The notes below the pieces were generated by a model. It did no database searches and was not told the origin of the DNA. It saw only the letters and a program-made list of their open reading frames with translations. The translations under genes and the position numbers were made by a program. DNA of 64,000 bases, from IMG/VR virus record IMGVR_UViG_3300027659_000029; one strand, given 5' to 3'. This document shows positions 39,801 to 46,652 of this stretch, piece after piece (the stretch's first letter is position 1; every line of letters starts with the position of its first letter). Source of the DNA: an uncultured virus (IMG/VR IMGVR_UViG_3300027659_000029) (taxonomy: Duplodnaviria; Heunggongvirae; Uroviricota; Caudoviricetes).

Positions 39801-42800
39801 TTTAGTTTTTTCTAATTCTTTTTGTACTTCGCCTCTTTCTGTAAGTAGCTCCGCTTTAGTTTTTTGCTTTTTTATTGTGTTTTTGTCAATGCGTTCTTTG
39901 TTAGTTTTGTCCACTTTAACAAAAACTTCATTTTCAATACCTTTAACTACTACTGAAATATCTGATGGATTAACTCTTACCTCAATTATATCAGAACTTA
40001 ACCCTTGCTTTTTTCTTTCAGAAGCAATAATTTCTGCCATTTTTCTACTTGTAGTAGCAGGGTTATGCCCGTCTTGCATTGTGCCACTTCTAAATACCGT
40101 TATTGTACCATCATCATTTTTTTCTAATTGTGCCACTTGGTTTTCAACAAATTCTTTTCCTTCTTTTGTTTCAGCCTGTTCAACAAGTGCTTGTTTTTTA
40201 TTTTTAGCATCTTCACTACTACCCAATTCAGTTGCCTTATAAGCATTGGTAGCTTCTGCATAAGCCTTTGGTTCTTGTACTTTCACATCTCCCCCTACGA
40301 CAACACTACCTGTTTGGGGTGTTTCTTTGAGGGATTGTTCTACTGCTTTTACAAGTTCAGGGTTGCTGCCGTCTACTTTTGCCTTGTGATAGGCTTCGGC
40401 AATATTTTTAATAGAAATATAAGAACCACCTTCTTCATCTCGTACTTTAAACCCATTATTATCTTCACTAATACCTTTGTTTAATTCAATAGTTTTTGTG
40501 TTACCAAATTCATCTATAGATGTAAATGTAAATGGTATACGATTTTTAGCAATTTCTTGTAATGCTTTAGTTGTACTCTCTACATCTTTTAACGCAGGTG
40601 TGTTATTAGTAGGTTCTGATTTTTTATTTTTATTTAATTCATAATCAGCTAATGACTGAGCCACTGTGACTTTTACAAACGGTACTCCATTTTTTTCTCC
40701 GCTACTTGAAATTTTATCTTTAAATATTTCTGGAACTTCTGATTCATTGTTATATGTAAATGATGCTGTTCTACCTGCATTTACATCTTCCAATTGTTTT
40801 TCCATAGAAGGCTTTTCTATTGATGCGGTTTCAGAAGGTGCAGTTTTTGTATTTTTGACTAACTCACCATTTAAAATAATTTCATTTCTTTTGTTTAATG
40901 TAACTACTTTATCCGTATTTCCTATGGTCATATAATCACCATAATCCACATATTCAACTCCATCATAAGAGTAAACATATTCTCCTTGTACACTTTCAGC
41001 TGTAGGCGTTTGATTAACTTTCTCTTGTTCGTTTTTAACTTGATTATTTGCTTCGTCAACGGTGATGATATTATAATCAGGTGTAACAACAACTTCCCTT
41101 CCTAATATCTTATCTCTAATGTCTTGACTTTCTGAAATTTTGTCAATGTATTTGTTTATTAAAACTTTATCAGTTGTATTTTCAATTGCATTGCTTAATA
41201 TTTTTTCATTGAGCAATTGAATTGAATAAATATCTTGTTCGTTTTGAGTAAGTTTTTTTATGCCCATTACTTTAGGCATTTCTGTTTTATTTATATCTTG
41301 AAGTGTTGATACTATTTTAATTCTTTTTATAGCAACTTCTTCTGATATATTGCCTTTGTCTCTTTGTGCATTTATTATATCAATAAATCTATCTCCTGTT
41401 TCCTTGTCACCTAATGCTGCAATATTTTTAACATCATATGGTCTACTATTTCCCCACCTTGCTGCACCTCCAATTACATTTACTACTAACATATCTAATG
41501 GAGTATTTACAAGAACGTGTTTTATTGCTTCGTTTGCGTGTTCGGCATTCCAGTTTTTGTCAGCCCATGATTCAACACCATATTGCTTAAATGCTTCAAT
41601 TCCCCCCATTTCCGCTGTGACTTTTGCGGTATTGGTGGCAACATCTTTTACATATAACCCAGCATTCTCCATTATTTTTTGGAGTGTAGTTTTTGCTAAT
41701 TCTTCAGATATTTTCTTTTCGCTTATCCCTTCTGCAAGATTTACTAATTGCTGTTCAACATTAGGAGTTATTTTGCTAAATACTTTTTCTAATGGCATAA
41801 TCCTTGAAGCTAATGCCCATGCCGATGTCATTAATGCCGTATAAATACCACGTTGTACTGTTTGATTATCATCAGGCATTAATTCAACTGAACGCTTAAT
41901 TTGTTCACCCATCATATTGACTCCCATTGTTAAAGCCCCACTTGTCCCCTGTATTTTATTTAAAACTGATACATACTTTTCAATTTCTAATGCGGTTGCA
42001 TTTGTTTTTTGTAATATACTCAGCCCCTCCACAGTTGCGCCACCCACAGTTCCACTTATGGAATTTGCAACACCACCCATCATATACGATTGCATAGCAA
42101 TTGAAGCCACCATACCTACTGTACCTGCTGCTTTATTTACAAAGTTGTATGATACAGGTATGATACCTAAAAACTTATCATTCGGTATATTACTTATTGT
42201 TGAACGTGCATCATTGTATTGATTCAATTCTTCATAAGTAAGTGGTTTTGTTTTTATTTTTTCATTTAATGCTTCTATTGTGGCTTTTGATTGTTCTTCA
42301 TCAAATACTGCTTGATCATGGATATCGATACCGCTTAATACTTCATTTGCTATTTTTTCTTTTGATGTAAACAATTTAATTACACCATTAATTGGGGCTT
42401 TAGTTGTTAGTACAAATTCATTTACTAATTGATTTATAGCACCTTGCGGATTCATTAATTTAATTCTTGGGGTATCTTCCGATGGTGACATATCACCCCA
42501 CTTTTTATTTTTATCAACCGCTTCTTTCCTTAGTCTATTGTAATAATTCTGTTTGTAAATGCTAGGTAAATTATTTGCTATTTTATCTAATGCTGATACA
42601 TCTACATTTTGTTGATTATACGCATAACTTAAACCTGTTTGTTTAAAGTATTCTTGTGACAATCTTTTTAGCGTCTCATCGTCTAATTGTTTTGGATATT
42701 TTTTATAAAATGATGATTCTTCTGTGTTTGCTATTTTATTCAATTCAGATATACCAGATTGTCTAAACGCTTCGATACCAAGTTTTGTAATTGTTGCTTT

Positions 42801-43997
42801 TACTTCTTCTGATTGACTACCACCTCCTTTGAATAACTTATATGTGCTTGAATTTTGATATTTAAGGCTTTCTTCACCTACATAATCTAATGATTTTTTA
42901 CCAGCAATAATATCATCTTTTGATTTAATAGCTATTGCCGTAGCGTGAACTGCCCCAAGTGATGAATTTATTGCGTTATATTTTTCATTTAATTTTAATA
43001 CTTCATTATAATATGATTGTGGCCTTTCTTCAGTAGTAGTTTGGAAATCATTACCATAATTTGGATACCCTACTGTTTTTTTAGGATACTTTAATTCAAT
43101 TGCTTTTAGTTCATTTTCTTTTTGTAATTCTTGTTTTTGCGACAAGCTACTAACTACATTGCCATCCGAAATATCAATTGGGTTGCTTGGTGATACTACA
43201 TTAAGTTTTAAAAGAAGATTTCTTTGAGCCTCACTATATGCAACTGCATCTTTGGCTTGTTGTTCTTGATACTTTTCTCTGTTGTTATTGATTGATGTTT
43301 GTAAATCAATACCTTCTGGAATTAATTCGTTTGATGCTTTGGGGGCTACTTCTTTGAGGTATTTTAAATCTTCTGGGTCAATATCATTACCTTTTGTAAT
43401 ACCATCTAAATAATCTGCCGTTTTCCCTAATCTGCTTTGTGCTATTTCATTTATATTATTTGGATTTTGAAGTACAAGTTTTTGTCTTTCTTCTATTATT
43501 CTCGATGCAGGTGCAACGGCAATAAAATTATCCCACGCTTCTTTTTGTTTTACCTTTTCGGTTAAACTATTTGAAAGTTTTGGAGCATTGCTTACTGATG
43601 ATTCCGCTATTGATTCTAAGTCATTATCAGATACAGATGGTGCAAAAGGTTGATTTTTATACGCTTTTTTAAACGCATCTATTTTTTCTTTTTTTGAATA
43701 TTGTGGTTGTTCAGGCACATCACCACGAAATGACATTTGATTAAACTGACTATTTAATGCTGATGTGAATAATAATGGAGAAACGGGTGGTGTGCTTGAA
43801 TCGCTCGTAGGTAAACTTGTACCTACCAATGGCGTAGCACCACTTTTTTTTTTATCCAATGAATCATCTACTCCAAATTGCTCAACAAAAGCATAAGCCA
43901 TTTGTTGAATTTCATCTTGTGATGCACCTTTTTGAGATAATAAATTAGAATTTTCTTCTAACTTAGTCATTAATTCAGGGGTTAACTTCTTCGCCAT
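24882..43997 (-). CDS. Giant (6371 aa) polyvalent internal virion/ejection protein: 2 zincin metallopeptidase, 3 ParB-like and 3 ADP-ribosyltransferase-like domains plus unknown modules
   Basis: HEMGH (~36585), HELTH (~30880); DGHH (~35600), EGRNR (~34890), VVDGHHR (~31965); YHHT..GTWFT..GFDG, YHGG..IYVT..GFDA, VFRSG..TTS..ENE; located after the tail and ejection genes. Confidence 0.85.
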   Translation of the reverse strand: MAKKLTPELMTKLEENSNLLSQKGASQDEIQQMAYAFVEQFGVDDSLDKKKSGATPLVGTSLPTSDSSTPPVSPLLFTSALNSQFNQMSFRGDVPEQPQYSKKEKIDAFKKAYKNQPFAPSVSDNDLESIAESSVSNAPKLSNSLTEKVKQKEAWDNFIAVAPASRIIEERQKLVLQNPNNINEIAQSRLGKTADYLDGITKGNDIDPEDLKYLKEVAPKASNELIPEGIDLQTSINNNREKYQEQQAKDAVAYSEAQRNLLLKLNVVSPSNPIDISDGNVVSSLSQKQELQKENELKAIELKYPKKTVGYPNYGNDFQTTTEERPQSYYNEVLKLNEKYNAINSSLGAVHATAIAIKSKDDIIAGKKSLDYVGEESLKYQNSSTYKLFKGGGSQSEEVKATITKLGIEAFRQSGISELNKIANTEESSFYKKYPKQLDDETLKRLSQEYFKQTGLSYAYNQQNVDVSALDKIANNLPSIYKQNYYNRLRKEAVDKNKKWGDMSPSEDTPRIKLMNPQGAINQLVNEFVLTTKAPINGVIKLFTSKEKIANEVLSGIDIHDQAVFDEEQSKATIEALNEKIKTKPLTYEELNQYNDARSTISNIPNDKFLGIIPVSYNFVNKAAGTVGMVASIAMQSYMMGGVANSISGTVGGATVEGLSILQKTNATALEIEKYVSVLNKIQGTSGALTMGVNMMGEQIKRSVELMPDDNQTVQRGIYTALMTSAWALASRIMPLEKVFSKITPNVEQQLVNLAEGISEKKISEELAKTTLQKIMENAGLYVKDVATNTAKVTAEMGGIEAFKQYGVESWADKNWNAEHANEAIKHVLVNTPLDMLVVNVIGGAARWGNSRPYDVKNIAALGDKETGDRFIDIINAQRDKGNISEEVAIKRIKIVSTLQDINKTEMPKVMGIKKLTQNEQDIYSIQLLNEKILSNAIENTTDKVLINKYIDKISESQDIRDKILGREVVVTPDYNIITVDEANNQVKNEQEKVNQTPTAESVQGEYVYSYDGVEYVDYGDYMTIGNTDKVVTLNKRNEIILNGELVKNTKTAPSETASIEKPSMEKQLEDVNAGRTASFTYNNESEVPEIFKDKISSSGEKNGVPFVKVTVAQSLADYELNKNKKSEPTNNTPALKDVESTTKALQEIAKNRIPFTFTSIDEFGNTKTIELNKGISEDNNGFKVRDEEGGSYISIKNIAEAYHKAKVDGSNPELVKAVEQSLKETPQTGSVVVGGDVKVQEPKAYAEATNAYKATELGSSEDAKNKKQALVEQAETKEGKEFVENQVAQLEKNDDGTITVFRSGTMQDGHNPATTSRKMAEIIASERKKQGLSSDIIEVRVNPSDISVVVKGIENEVFVKVDKTNKERIDKNTIKKQKTKAELLTERGEVQKELEKTKKALSDSEKAFNDGTYPFSENVFKDANKKQKAKIKNLEWQLSKIDEAGSIDVDTNQKDLETKAKIDEYIVKNESSLVDELTPKQNLDYERAKDKSEYLLSIPKVKEIIDKEVGSGNKTSIETKNEPITEQPKQEEELPIVKIPITERKGETLTVNVGGKAITGIVEVDEGGKATITSGNKIIELRPDQPYVDYESPVRLADNIDGIQVNGEVYSEVRFDKDEKGNERAVLVKEDGSIKLNSTPSVIEELKYQSALHTMEQLSEQEAEQILKQNERKGKTTQTTQEGVSKTDGTTPTKSEQEIRLQEAVDEINLIEQTALEDLKNVEIKAKLIQYENNKTYLVEKKEDGTYEATLNGRRVRKGNHLNNLIKKYESQTKAESDALIPKLQKQVNELKKEVENKLFGEEKKIVNDKVKSKLEQFKKNHSGKFQVDISNAEEPKKPSKTKKDGTSNKNYQKELDKYKVEKALYDQDVEALRQANEEVKGVFDRAAIEDNNTQNRPVTMTEPQDADVPKQKIEVSPTDTRPEATLMGKLRIEMSDWLRGEKVGLGMSDPLRTGDRKVAELDANGNPIEKTIRDEGGIGYPFKSLNDLIDGTLKTGQKIYGWAAVKAGAASAMLNAAKSAKKISGKELKAHYFENLNLTDEQKQRIENAIPNNKEFGLVTIYKMGEDGIKSNEAFAKEAFRLMDVNLTADEKSKVFEIIHGANGVKGRLETIKWGEEKDKNTGVSPKEKYLPLLLKAKNFTELEAILNGDKSDMSLGTKSEIMNMVFLSSEGTASSEKVNPLAKILKDKGINTEGISKTLSEPIMDGIDAGQPMILLAIDPNSKVIEDVNRERHPNYAFGVEGFPIGLYSETSQMHHLSPEMMDTYVKTSTTSVDENVKVKGTKETSRISISHDSSGNYTAELGKGATKLQFTDKKGVFTKTDGKFYNANGGSIKESGNVLTFNSKEAVIQELKKQGYVVSEASKEPYTQNISGSNTANLMQKAKVGIINFFKNPQITAQQKLVIWVNKAFPNIDVIIDKVAYAEKDKDLKNQKLLNKNDKTFGVVDGETGKIYLNPEFLNNNTPIHEMGHVWNQYAKKYNPKIYKKGIDLIIDTNNSRYYDKVINNLKYRKLSEQIYGDDAFIIDKATGKYKVNESHSDSNAIKESIADEALAKAIGDKGELFVNEAQKRNFVKYITELYNAMKGVLGFGNMSAEKFQNLTLGDFTNSVLKDLLSGKEVSKLSSKELAEMSNSAHKFDVVGDLGKDMSSDMNDIVKDLRDEGKNDKEIREIIKFELGDSDAIIKVLEQSLKATTQEGSGVGDVKSNEEIPINWNKKVIEYQELPEELLNIDHEKGDVLGFDYGKHKSKIETVNIKELIPTQPNVYKHFDKTLLNKQQRDIKQPIVIIFKGNKYLMDGHHKTQNAINNGENTIKVEVYNLDNLEAVEQSLPTQAEAAAGGVVSDYGNFLLNEIDKKHQEKYKGENIKEGLAKLFNETLNDRDEKRAISNLEDTYMNYVPMEVRAEAYQALRKNFEKEQSLPTQEVKDKVVGSGVGGDVKDYKGIFNPKKTGISGLDVLLKDDGYNYFYKGVSGEVVMMSPDQYLKKVREGLKTKEDANIIEDKKNKINEAINDGNKIDMPFISTKDGKFSQEGRNRAVVAREKGEKLIPVFIEKDVSFDDKIAKGQEYINSAIKDGATTKEEVISKLEKQGLHRDAIRFIDNNFDNKAVEQSLTEVPKSKQQLSEEEKGSGVGGDVKLQKGEKLIYHHTQNDLSNIKSRPEGTWFTTNEYSPMGARAKGKNIISKIINIDKLKLATDKEYFPLLKYSEKERAEKLIEQGFDGVKRKVDGDTHYLIFDLDKLQEQSIAETPKSKQQLSDEENSGAKGDVDADLANVIKTRLREEGIGQEERNKLTGTRENPIITSATKADYEALLKSYKNNKQKQLADFEEGGKEEGKFISEKGVFISSDTSFWDNKIKAVEQSIAETPKSKQQLSEEEKISGVKFGTAFDIQDATAERTISTKSLWGEAQVWRERIENAGDILRELSSRGDRPDIGYLMEKVKKLRDWITKSKEGYTPIHKSIKTIEEFEKTNLKWSDAVDSREYIEKFNSSILDRIRSEYEAIPTYTKEQKLAVDLVLDLINNNIKGLESKLNEIETIANQIKTNGTLPIITDIKLGKSTETLKEANGDVIDVKSNKDISKVFNRLLKDEHETDDYGIYGLLADWGAEYNPNTEKLEWIDTRSGTGKQTLSKKEFINDILNGKLEKEVPSAKEFIDKIKKSILDELGIKSETLKENSGGINANKDELKIEKEYITVYHGGEYGDKSGRIYVTEDANQGGEYAKGNGGDLIKYKIEKSKVASEKDFRKAIEEEGIVVNDELKLHELVDDRFNTALNEKEQSKIFDNLKRKGFDAASFTDEDITLRNKAGVENIVVFDAAILEKKSVQVREARAYDLLNGGYKPLINGEIKKYSTEEDISNHFKSNESIEMVSPTEQKKVENATKEQLKNNENEKEQLQPSRRIGEITPILTSAESKAESKSEIRLNQADKEADQVIVASGIKVATLPTESLIVEPKVFQYKASKNKSGTNENEQIQDKFDPNDAGAIGVWRDVDNELGKGKGEIYVVDGHHRTERAMKDNVENMNVFFIDAPTAKDAMVVAARTNIKQGKGTSVDAAKVIRENPELMKGLIAPNSKVAKEGLALSKLSDDMFEEVATGNMKMNTAIALSNVKKENQAKLRNSVAKYANNPNASQDKLNRFAVLTERSIGNENADVSVQQGMFGQEFELDTQAMAEVQSDIVSNLKDDARLLKSASRNADVLEQANSKVDTEATAKEGEKSKLAAALFDRSINEKGVREIFDKAVSDYRNAKGKTDKDAIIKKATEGIKKVIEKNISEEGERTQFATNAVGENKTTPNQQKQVEKITDFIQKGLNIKVFAPLSEFSSKLKEIGYGNVNEIKKPNGDVLGFYHNGKIYLNPDALTPETTWHELTHVQQQAIKIASDGGDVQATAILRRFDSILKEAIDQIESGQKVVRIGEQRIDLSSDVYRKEKGESPNEYRERVRNEMWAYLQAPINAKKFEEASGGKVKNFIQAVKKWFAEKLGLKDTTDLQSLTIEELLNRSSNSLAKGEYLKLKKQEQKAGEKTIMFNGEKVKVKPTAPDVVNGFYSPLEKTISETKLDKLPAKQWIEKFGKGDEAKWTGLSNWLAQQEGSVSKTDIQQYLKDNRIQVVELVKREGFEAVVKQYDGKNFDKEIIAGNENLKKGDWIVLDGDGNPTNIFANTKEEALKEAKELYEEEGYFSQTKYSQYQLEGEKENYKEVLVTLPNKEQPLIDEHNAIVRRREEIEAELGLDMPTESQKDEHYRLGWKLDDIRSKLPSTVEIRNSGIAEVPAKFKSSHFDEPNILVHLRMNTRTAADGSKVLFLEEVQTDWGQKGKKEGFDVKEFIVLDSKGVIDGYFGSEKEAKEYIIRQERLKNTANWTISKSKESIISSAPFVTDTNAWTKLGLKVALKEAVKQGADKIAWSTGEQQNERYDLSKQVKRIEINHLEDDTFDVTTTDLYGEEHKGLMRNEKELTDYVGKEIADKVINEGKSIFSGDGLKLGGKGMKGFYGSPTEGSLGIVGNVAKSLFKQEPKTVKINSGEKLGLSKPSKIEETQPNRFKSDRIYTVIDGNGNKLGVFTSYIEARRAKTTKDNEIKEVTSTQHSIDITPELKSQVESGLPLFTAVPKKELTSFIDELRGEGANDKEIESILKRKGNSQEEIDSALKIAEVPKVDATDEISETPQEKADSEYTHINKNDITVAEELAKKYNSTGNVVTWDESVKGAINSLANAAKKGQSLTDVAKNRISDWREKIENEIDEKGKSTFNPTDEDLAVMSYYRTHINEEIGKLNDRMSSLDDANRELALAQAKVLQAELLNVDKVLSETGKVAGRSFYIRQMVAKMDADNNLVIRRMNIIRNQGGKPLTEAQENAILKIASEHKKLIESATKELPKWSQEDFDTAVDEEVKRRAKDIKQTESKKTGREKTLSKSGKDIADRIRELKIDNSTLATDLTFGLRNLAVEAIAQLVEKGSTLAQAISEVLYKDARFSTLKEKEITDHIISGLDKNDILNKIKSYSDNNLSIEAVAKGLVNKLINHHIDNGVRGKDVFENVKEDLQSIYKGMTDQQIRDAYLKSGDYKLSTQKDINKEINDARNELRNIAKLETKIEKAKKNQVDARTEQEKRQATTEEDLLRNEFKTELNKRNIRIDRSPKDERDVKKRIAEEHNSRIDKLINLVDEKLKDNSLSSSSIKDLQNFKTNIELSKVDIETSQRIEDVLDKSLKKLRVSSLDVTQFEDILKSSSNNIWQLERDMKNAEQDILLIRHKKNLVNRGKEAQRKIDAEEFTDSPQPVRKKTDSEVVKLEIEAKKIEAKYRREQQLAESQNKKWYEKAGSMAGTIYIQGLIGHLTTAAAVGFSGLTKQPLNTITNATFGNVAHILNPTLSLYAGSEAPFSWRQEAHRYKAHYFNIGEEGMRKMWEKTQVKLDVSLLRLKDAKDALDASPNDKKLQNNFNFSKTIAQNALLDHQSNNLYNWIGGKSFKDGMDAMIKGANQLDALLGNDVQVSWKDRTTFEKWELGISLMGGLHGFLKSFSARAEFAAAYTARLEQKARRGDDISNPDVILSSINESYVNFLRGKYQEDNYVTSKMNEITRILGYSEPASYSVDKSKKNTELGKIASAAFKTKYPIVRTPVNIAREAIVEYMLGAFTGGGRHLIENIKGARKGIEQGIPLKDAIKQHISEMPQEDIDLIFRCYRKGGLGLVIFALAAMGNMKFGGFQNEDDRNRKKGAMKQGELELFGVDLAKEGYAGKVAERMVEHSPAFYPALVAGNSIEVYKRRFVMGMEKGKEEGDNMSDEEFKSKVSTTAAGLALLSDIRAGLSMSVPLLNNNMGLPFVNPQLPYLGSISDVQQMTDGNREVDRSTWGNRAMNNFGLRWLVPDKQKK
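32941..35935 (-). repeat. In-frame linker repeats (EQSL/EQSI...GSGVGGDVK family) separating variable modules; one further copy at 40281..40349
   Basis: Copies at ~35878-35932, 35461-35520, 35175-35244, 34581-34673, 34186-34265, 33841-33920, degenerate at 33271-33310 and 32941-32980; 47-bp identity 33865-33911 = 34219-34265; 23-bp identity 35222-35244 = 35492-35514. Confidence 0.9.
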
Positions 43998-44001
43998 TTA
44001 A

Positions 44002-45900
44002 TTATTGTGTTTTTAATGAACCATCAGGATTAAACATACCTGTATAGGGATTCTTTTTTGTAGATTTTTTATTCTTTGGGGTTGGTGATTTTTGGGTTGT
44101 GGTCTCATCCGCAAATGGGGATTTCCCTTCAGTTATTCTTTTCCTTGCATGATCTATTGCTTTTTTTGCAATCGCTTCACCTATTGCACTTCTGTCATTG
44201 GGATCATTACCTTTTAATAACCATTGTTTTTCTGATTCAGAAAGTGTTGGTACTAATGTTGGTATTTCCGTTTCTTTCCCATTAATTTCAACTCCTATTG
44301 CAATTTCAGTTGCTTCCTTATTGCTACCATCTTTCATTTTTAAAACTCCAAAATATCCATTACCCTTTTTAGTACCATCAGCCCTTTTGTCCCATGTGCT
44401 TTTGTCATTATAATCTTTGGGAGTTTGTTCTTGTTGTGCTTGTGTTGACTCTTCATTATTTACATTATCCCAATTTGTGCCATATCTTTTTTCCCATTTA
44501 CTTATTTCGGATTCACTAGATACCGCTGCGTGAACTAACCCAGCTTTAGTATATGGCCTTTCTTTATCCGCTTTAAGTATATACTTAACTTTACCTTCCC
44601 CATCTTCAATTTCCCCTACATACGCAGGATAGTATGTAGCCTTTCCATTTTCGTCTACAAATTTCATTATATTATTTGGGAACATTTCTTTAACATGACC
44701 ATACCCATCATCAGATATAACTATTTTACTTGATCTAAATTCTTTTTTCAATGTTTCCGCATCTCTAAAATTTCCAGACACGGATATTTTACCATTTCTT
44801 GGGAATCCTAATATTTCAGCTCCTTTTGGAACTGTATACTGAGATTCTTTACTATCTAAATCATCTTCTATTTCTTTTAACCTTTGTGTGGCTGCAGCTA
44901 TTTCAGGAAATTCATTTTCATTTGTGTGAGATGCCTTGTACATTACAGCAAAATTCCTTGATTCTGCATTTATTATAGCCACATCAATTCTATTTTGCCC
45001 TTTTAATTTTTCAATATTTGTTTTTTGAATATATTCATATTCTTTATTTGTAACTACTTTTGCTTTAGATACAAGTTTTTGACCTTGTTGAAATTCCGCA
45101 TCAGCATTTGCACTTATATATGCATCTACACCACCTTTATCGTCCCACATTTGTTGTAGTTTAGGTGATGTCAAATAATCCCTTGTATCATACTCACCTT
45201 TTGACATTCTGTACCCAGCTTCAAATTCTTTCTTATCATAATTACCTATTTCCGTTTCAATCCAAGTCCCCTTATCGCTTGGGTTCTCAGCGTATTGTAA
45301 AGTACTATTTACTGCTTTTTTCCAATATGTATTTTTAAATAATTGCCAATCTTTATTCCCACTTGCTATTGGGGTCAATTGCGATGCATCCCTATCTTGT
45401 ATTGGTGTTTTCCTAAATATTTCATACTGACGATTATTTACCTCATTATTCATGTCGTTATCAGTATTAACTTTCTTTAAATACTCTTTAGCTAATACGT
45501 TCATTGATTTTGACATGTCTACTGCTGATGCGTAATCACCTATTTTAGATTGAATAGAAATTGCTAAATCTGGATTTTTAACTATGGCATCCGATGTCAT
45601 TGATTGTGGATTGTTTATTATATCCGCAATTAATTTATTTCTTTGTTCATTTACATAAGGCATATCCTCTGGCAATACGCCTTCTGTATTTTGTGCTTTT
45701 GCAATTGCATTTACTGTATTATCGTGCCAAGTTTTAAAATCTGTCTCTTTTTTTTTGATAATATAATCACCAAAATCTTTAAGTGATGTTTGAGTTTCAG
45801 CGTTTAACGTAAGGTTAGGTGCAAAGTTCCCATTACCAAACGCTTGTTCGGCATTACCCTTGTAATTGAGTATTTCCCCTAATGATAATTCATTTGCCAT
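44002..45900 (-). CDS. Putative internal virion/ejection protein
   Basis: 632 aa between the pilot-like gene and the giant protein. Confidence 0.6.
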   Translation of the reverse strand: MANELSLGEILNYKGNAEQAFGNGNFAPNLTLNAETQTSLKDFGDYIIKKKETDFKTWHDNTVNAIAKAQNTEGVLPEDMPYVNEQRNKLIADIINNPQSMTSDAIVKNPDLAISIQSKIGDYASAVDMSKSMNVLAKEYLKKVNTDNDMNNEVNNRQYEIFRKTPIQDRDASQLTPIASGNKDWQLFKNTYWKKAVNSTLQYAENPSDKGTWIETEIGNYDKKEFEAGYRMSKGEYDTRDYLTSPKLQQMWDDKGGVDAYISANADAEFQQGQKLVSKAKVVTNKEYEYIQKTNIEKLKGQNRIDVAIINAESRNFAVMYKASHTNENEFPEIAAATQRLKEIEDDLDSKESQYTVPKGAEILGFPRNGKISVSGNFRDAETLKKEFRSSKIVISDDGYGHVKEMFPNNIMKFVDENGKATYYPAYVGEIEDGEGKVKYILKADKERPYTKAGLVHAAVSSESEISKWEKRYGTNWDNVNNEESTQAQQEQTPKDYNDKSTWDKRADGTKKGNGYFGVLKMKDGSNKEATEIAIGVEINGKETEIPTLVPTLSESEKQWLLKGNDPNDRSAIGEAIAKKAIDHARKRITEGKSPFADETTTQKSPTPKNKKSTKKNPYTGMFNPDGSLKTQ

Positions 45901-45959
45901 TTCTTATTTTAAACTTTTATTTTTTTATCTGACATTAATTAGATATTTGCGTGTTACAA

Positions 45960-45967
45960 CAAAGTTA
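45960..45967 (-). promoter_or_regulatory. TAnnTTTG box
   Basis: TAACTTTG in the intergenic gap upstream of 45900; a similar TATATTTG at 46635-46628. Confidence 0.55.
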
Positions 45968-45978
45968 TTATTATATGT

Positions 45979-46602
45979 TTATTTCCATTTATCTTCAAAT
46001 ACTTTTTCAATATCAGGTATTGGTTCATCCGCATTCACACTATTTTTCTCACCAGTTGGTTCTTTATCCGCAATATAATATTTACCTATTTGAGCTGCGC
46101 CTTGAATACTTGTATTAAGACCTGAATTAATCATACCATTAGCCCCTGAAAGCATAAGTGCCGCTGCTGCTTTTTGGTCTTGCATTTTCTTGTACTTGTT
46201 GATTGCCCATTGTTGTGTTTGTTCTCTTGCAAGTGCGCTTCTATCACTTATAAGCTGTGTTACTTTTAACATTTTCATCTTGTCACCTTCTAATGAAAAA
46301 GTTTTATTTTGTGCGGCAAAGTTTGAGTATAATGAATTAAAATCATTCACGCCTCCACCACCTTGTAAAAGTGCATTTGATTGACTTGCCAATGCGGCTT
46401 GTGATTGTTGAGAAAAATAATTTGAAGATTCTGCGCTCCAGCCTGTTTGGGCTTGGTTTTCAGAAAGACCTACATTATCATAATAAAGTTGTGATATATT
46501 ATATGGCGCATCTGAAATAGAATTATACGCTTTTTTTGCTTGACCTTTTTGGTAAGCACCATAGCCCATTTGCGCCAAACCGAGAATTAAGGATGCCCAC
46601 AT
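45979..46602 (-). CDS. Putative DNA ejection/pilot protein
   Basis: 207 aa, A/G/Q/S-rich helical with hydrophobic N-terminus; directly after the tail nozzle gene as in podophages. Confidence 0.6.
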   Translation of the reverse strand: MWASLILGLAQMGYGAYQKGQAKKAYNSISDAPYNISQLYYDNVGLSENQAQTGWSAESSNYFSQQSQAALASQSNALLQGGGGVNDFNSLYSNFAAQNKTFSLEGDKMKMLKVTQLISDRSALAREQTQQWAINKYKKMQDQKAAAALMLSGANGMINSGLNTSIQGAAQIGKYYIADKEPTGEKNSVNADEPIPDIEKVFEDKWK

Positions 46603-46652
46603 TTTTACCTATTTTTTTTCTATACGACAAATATAATCAATTTATATAAAAA

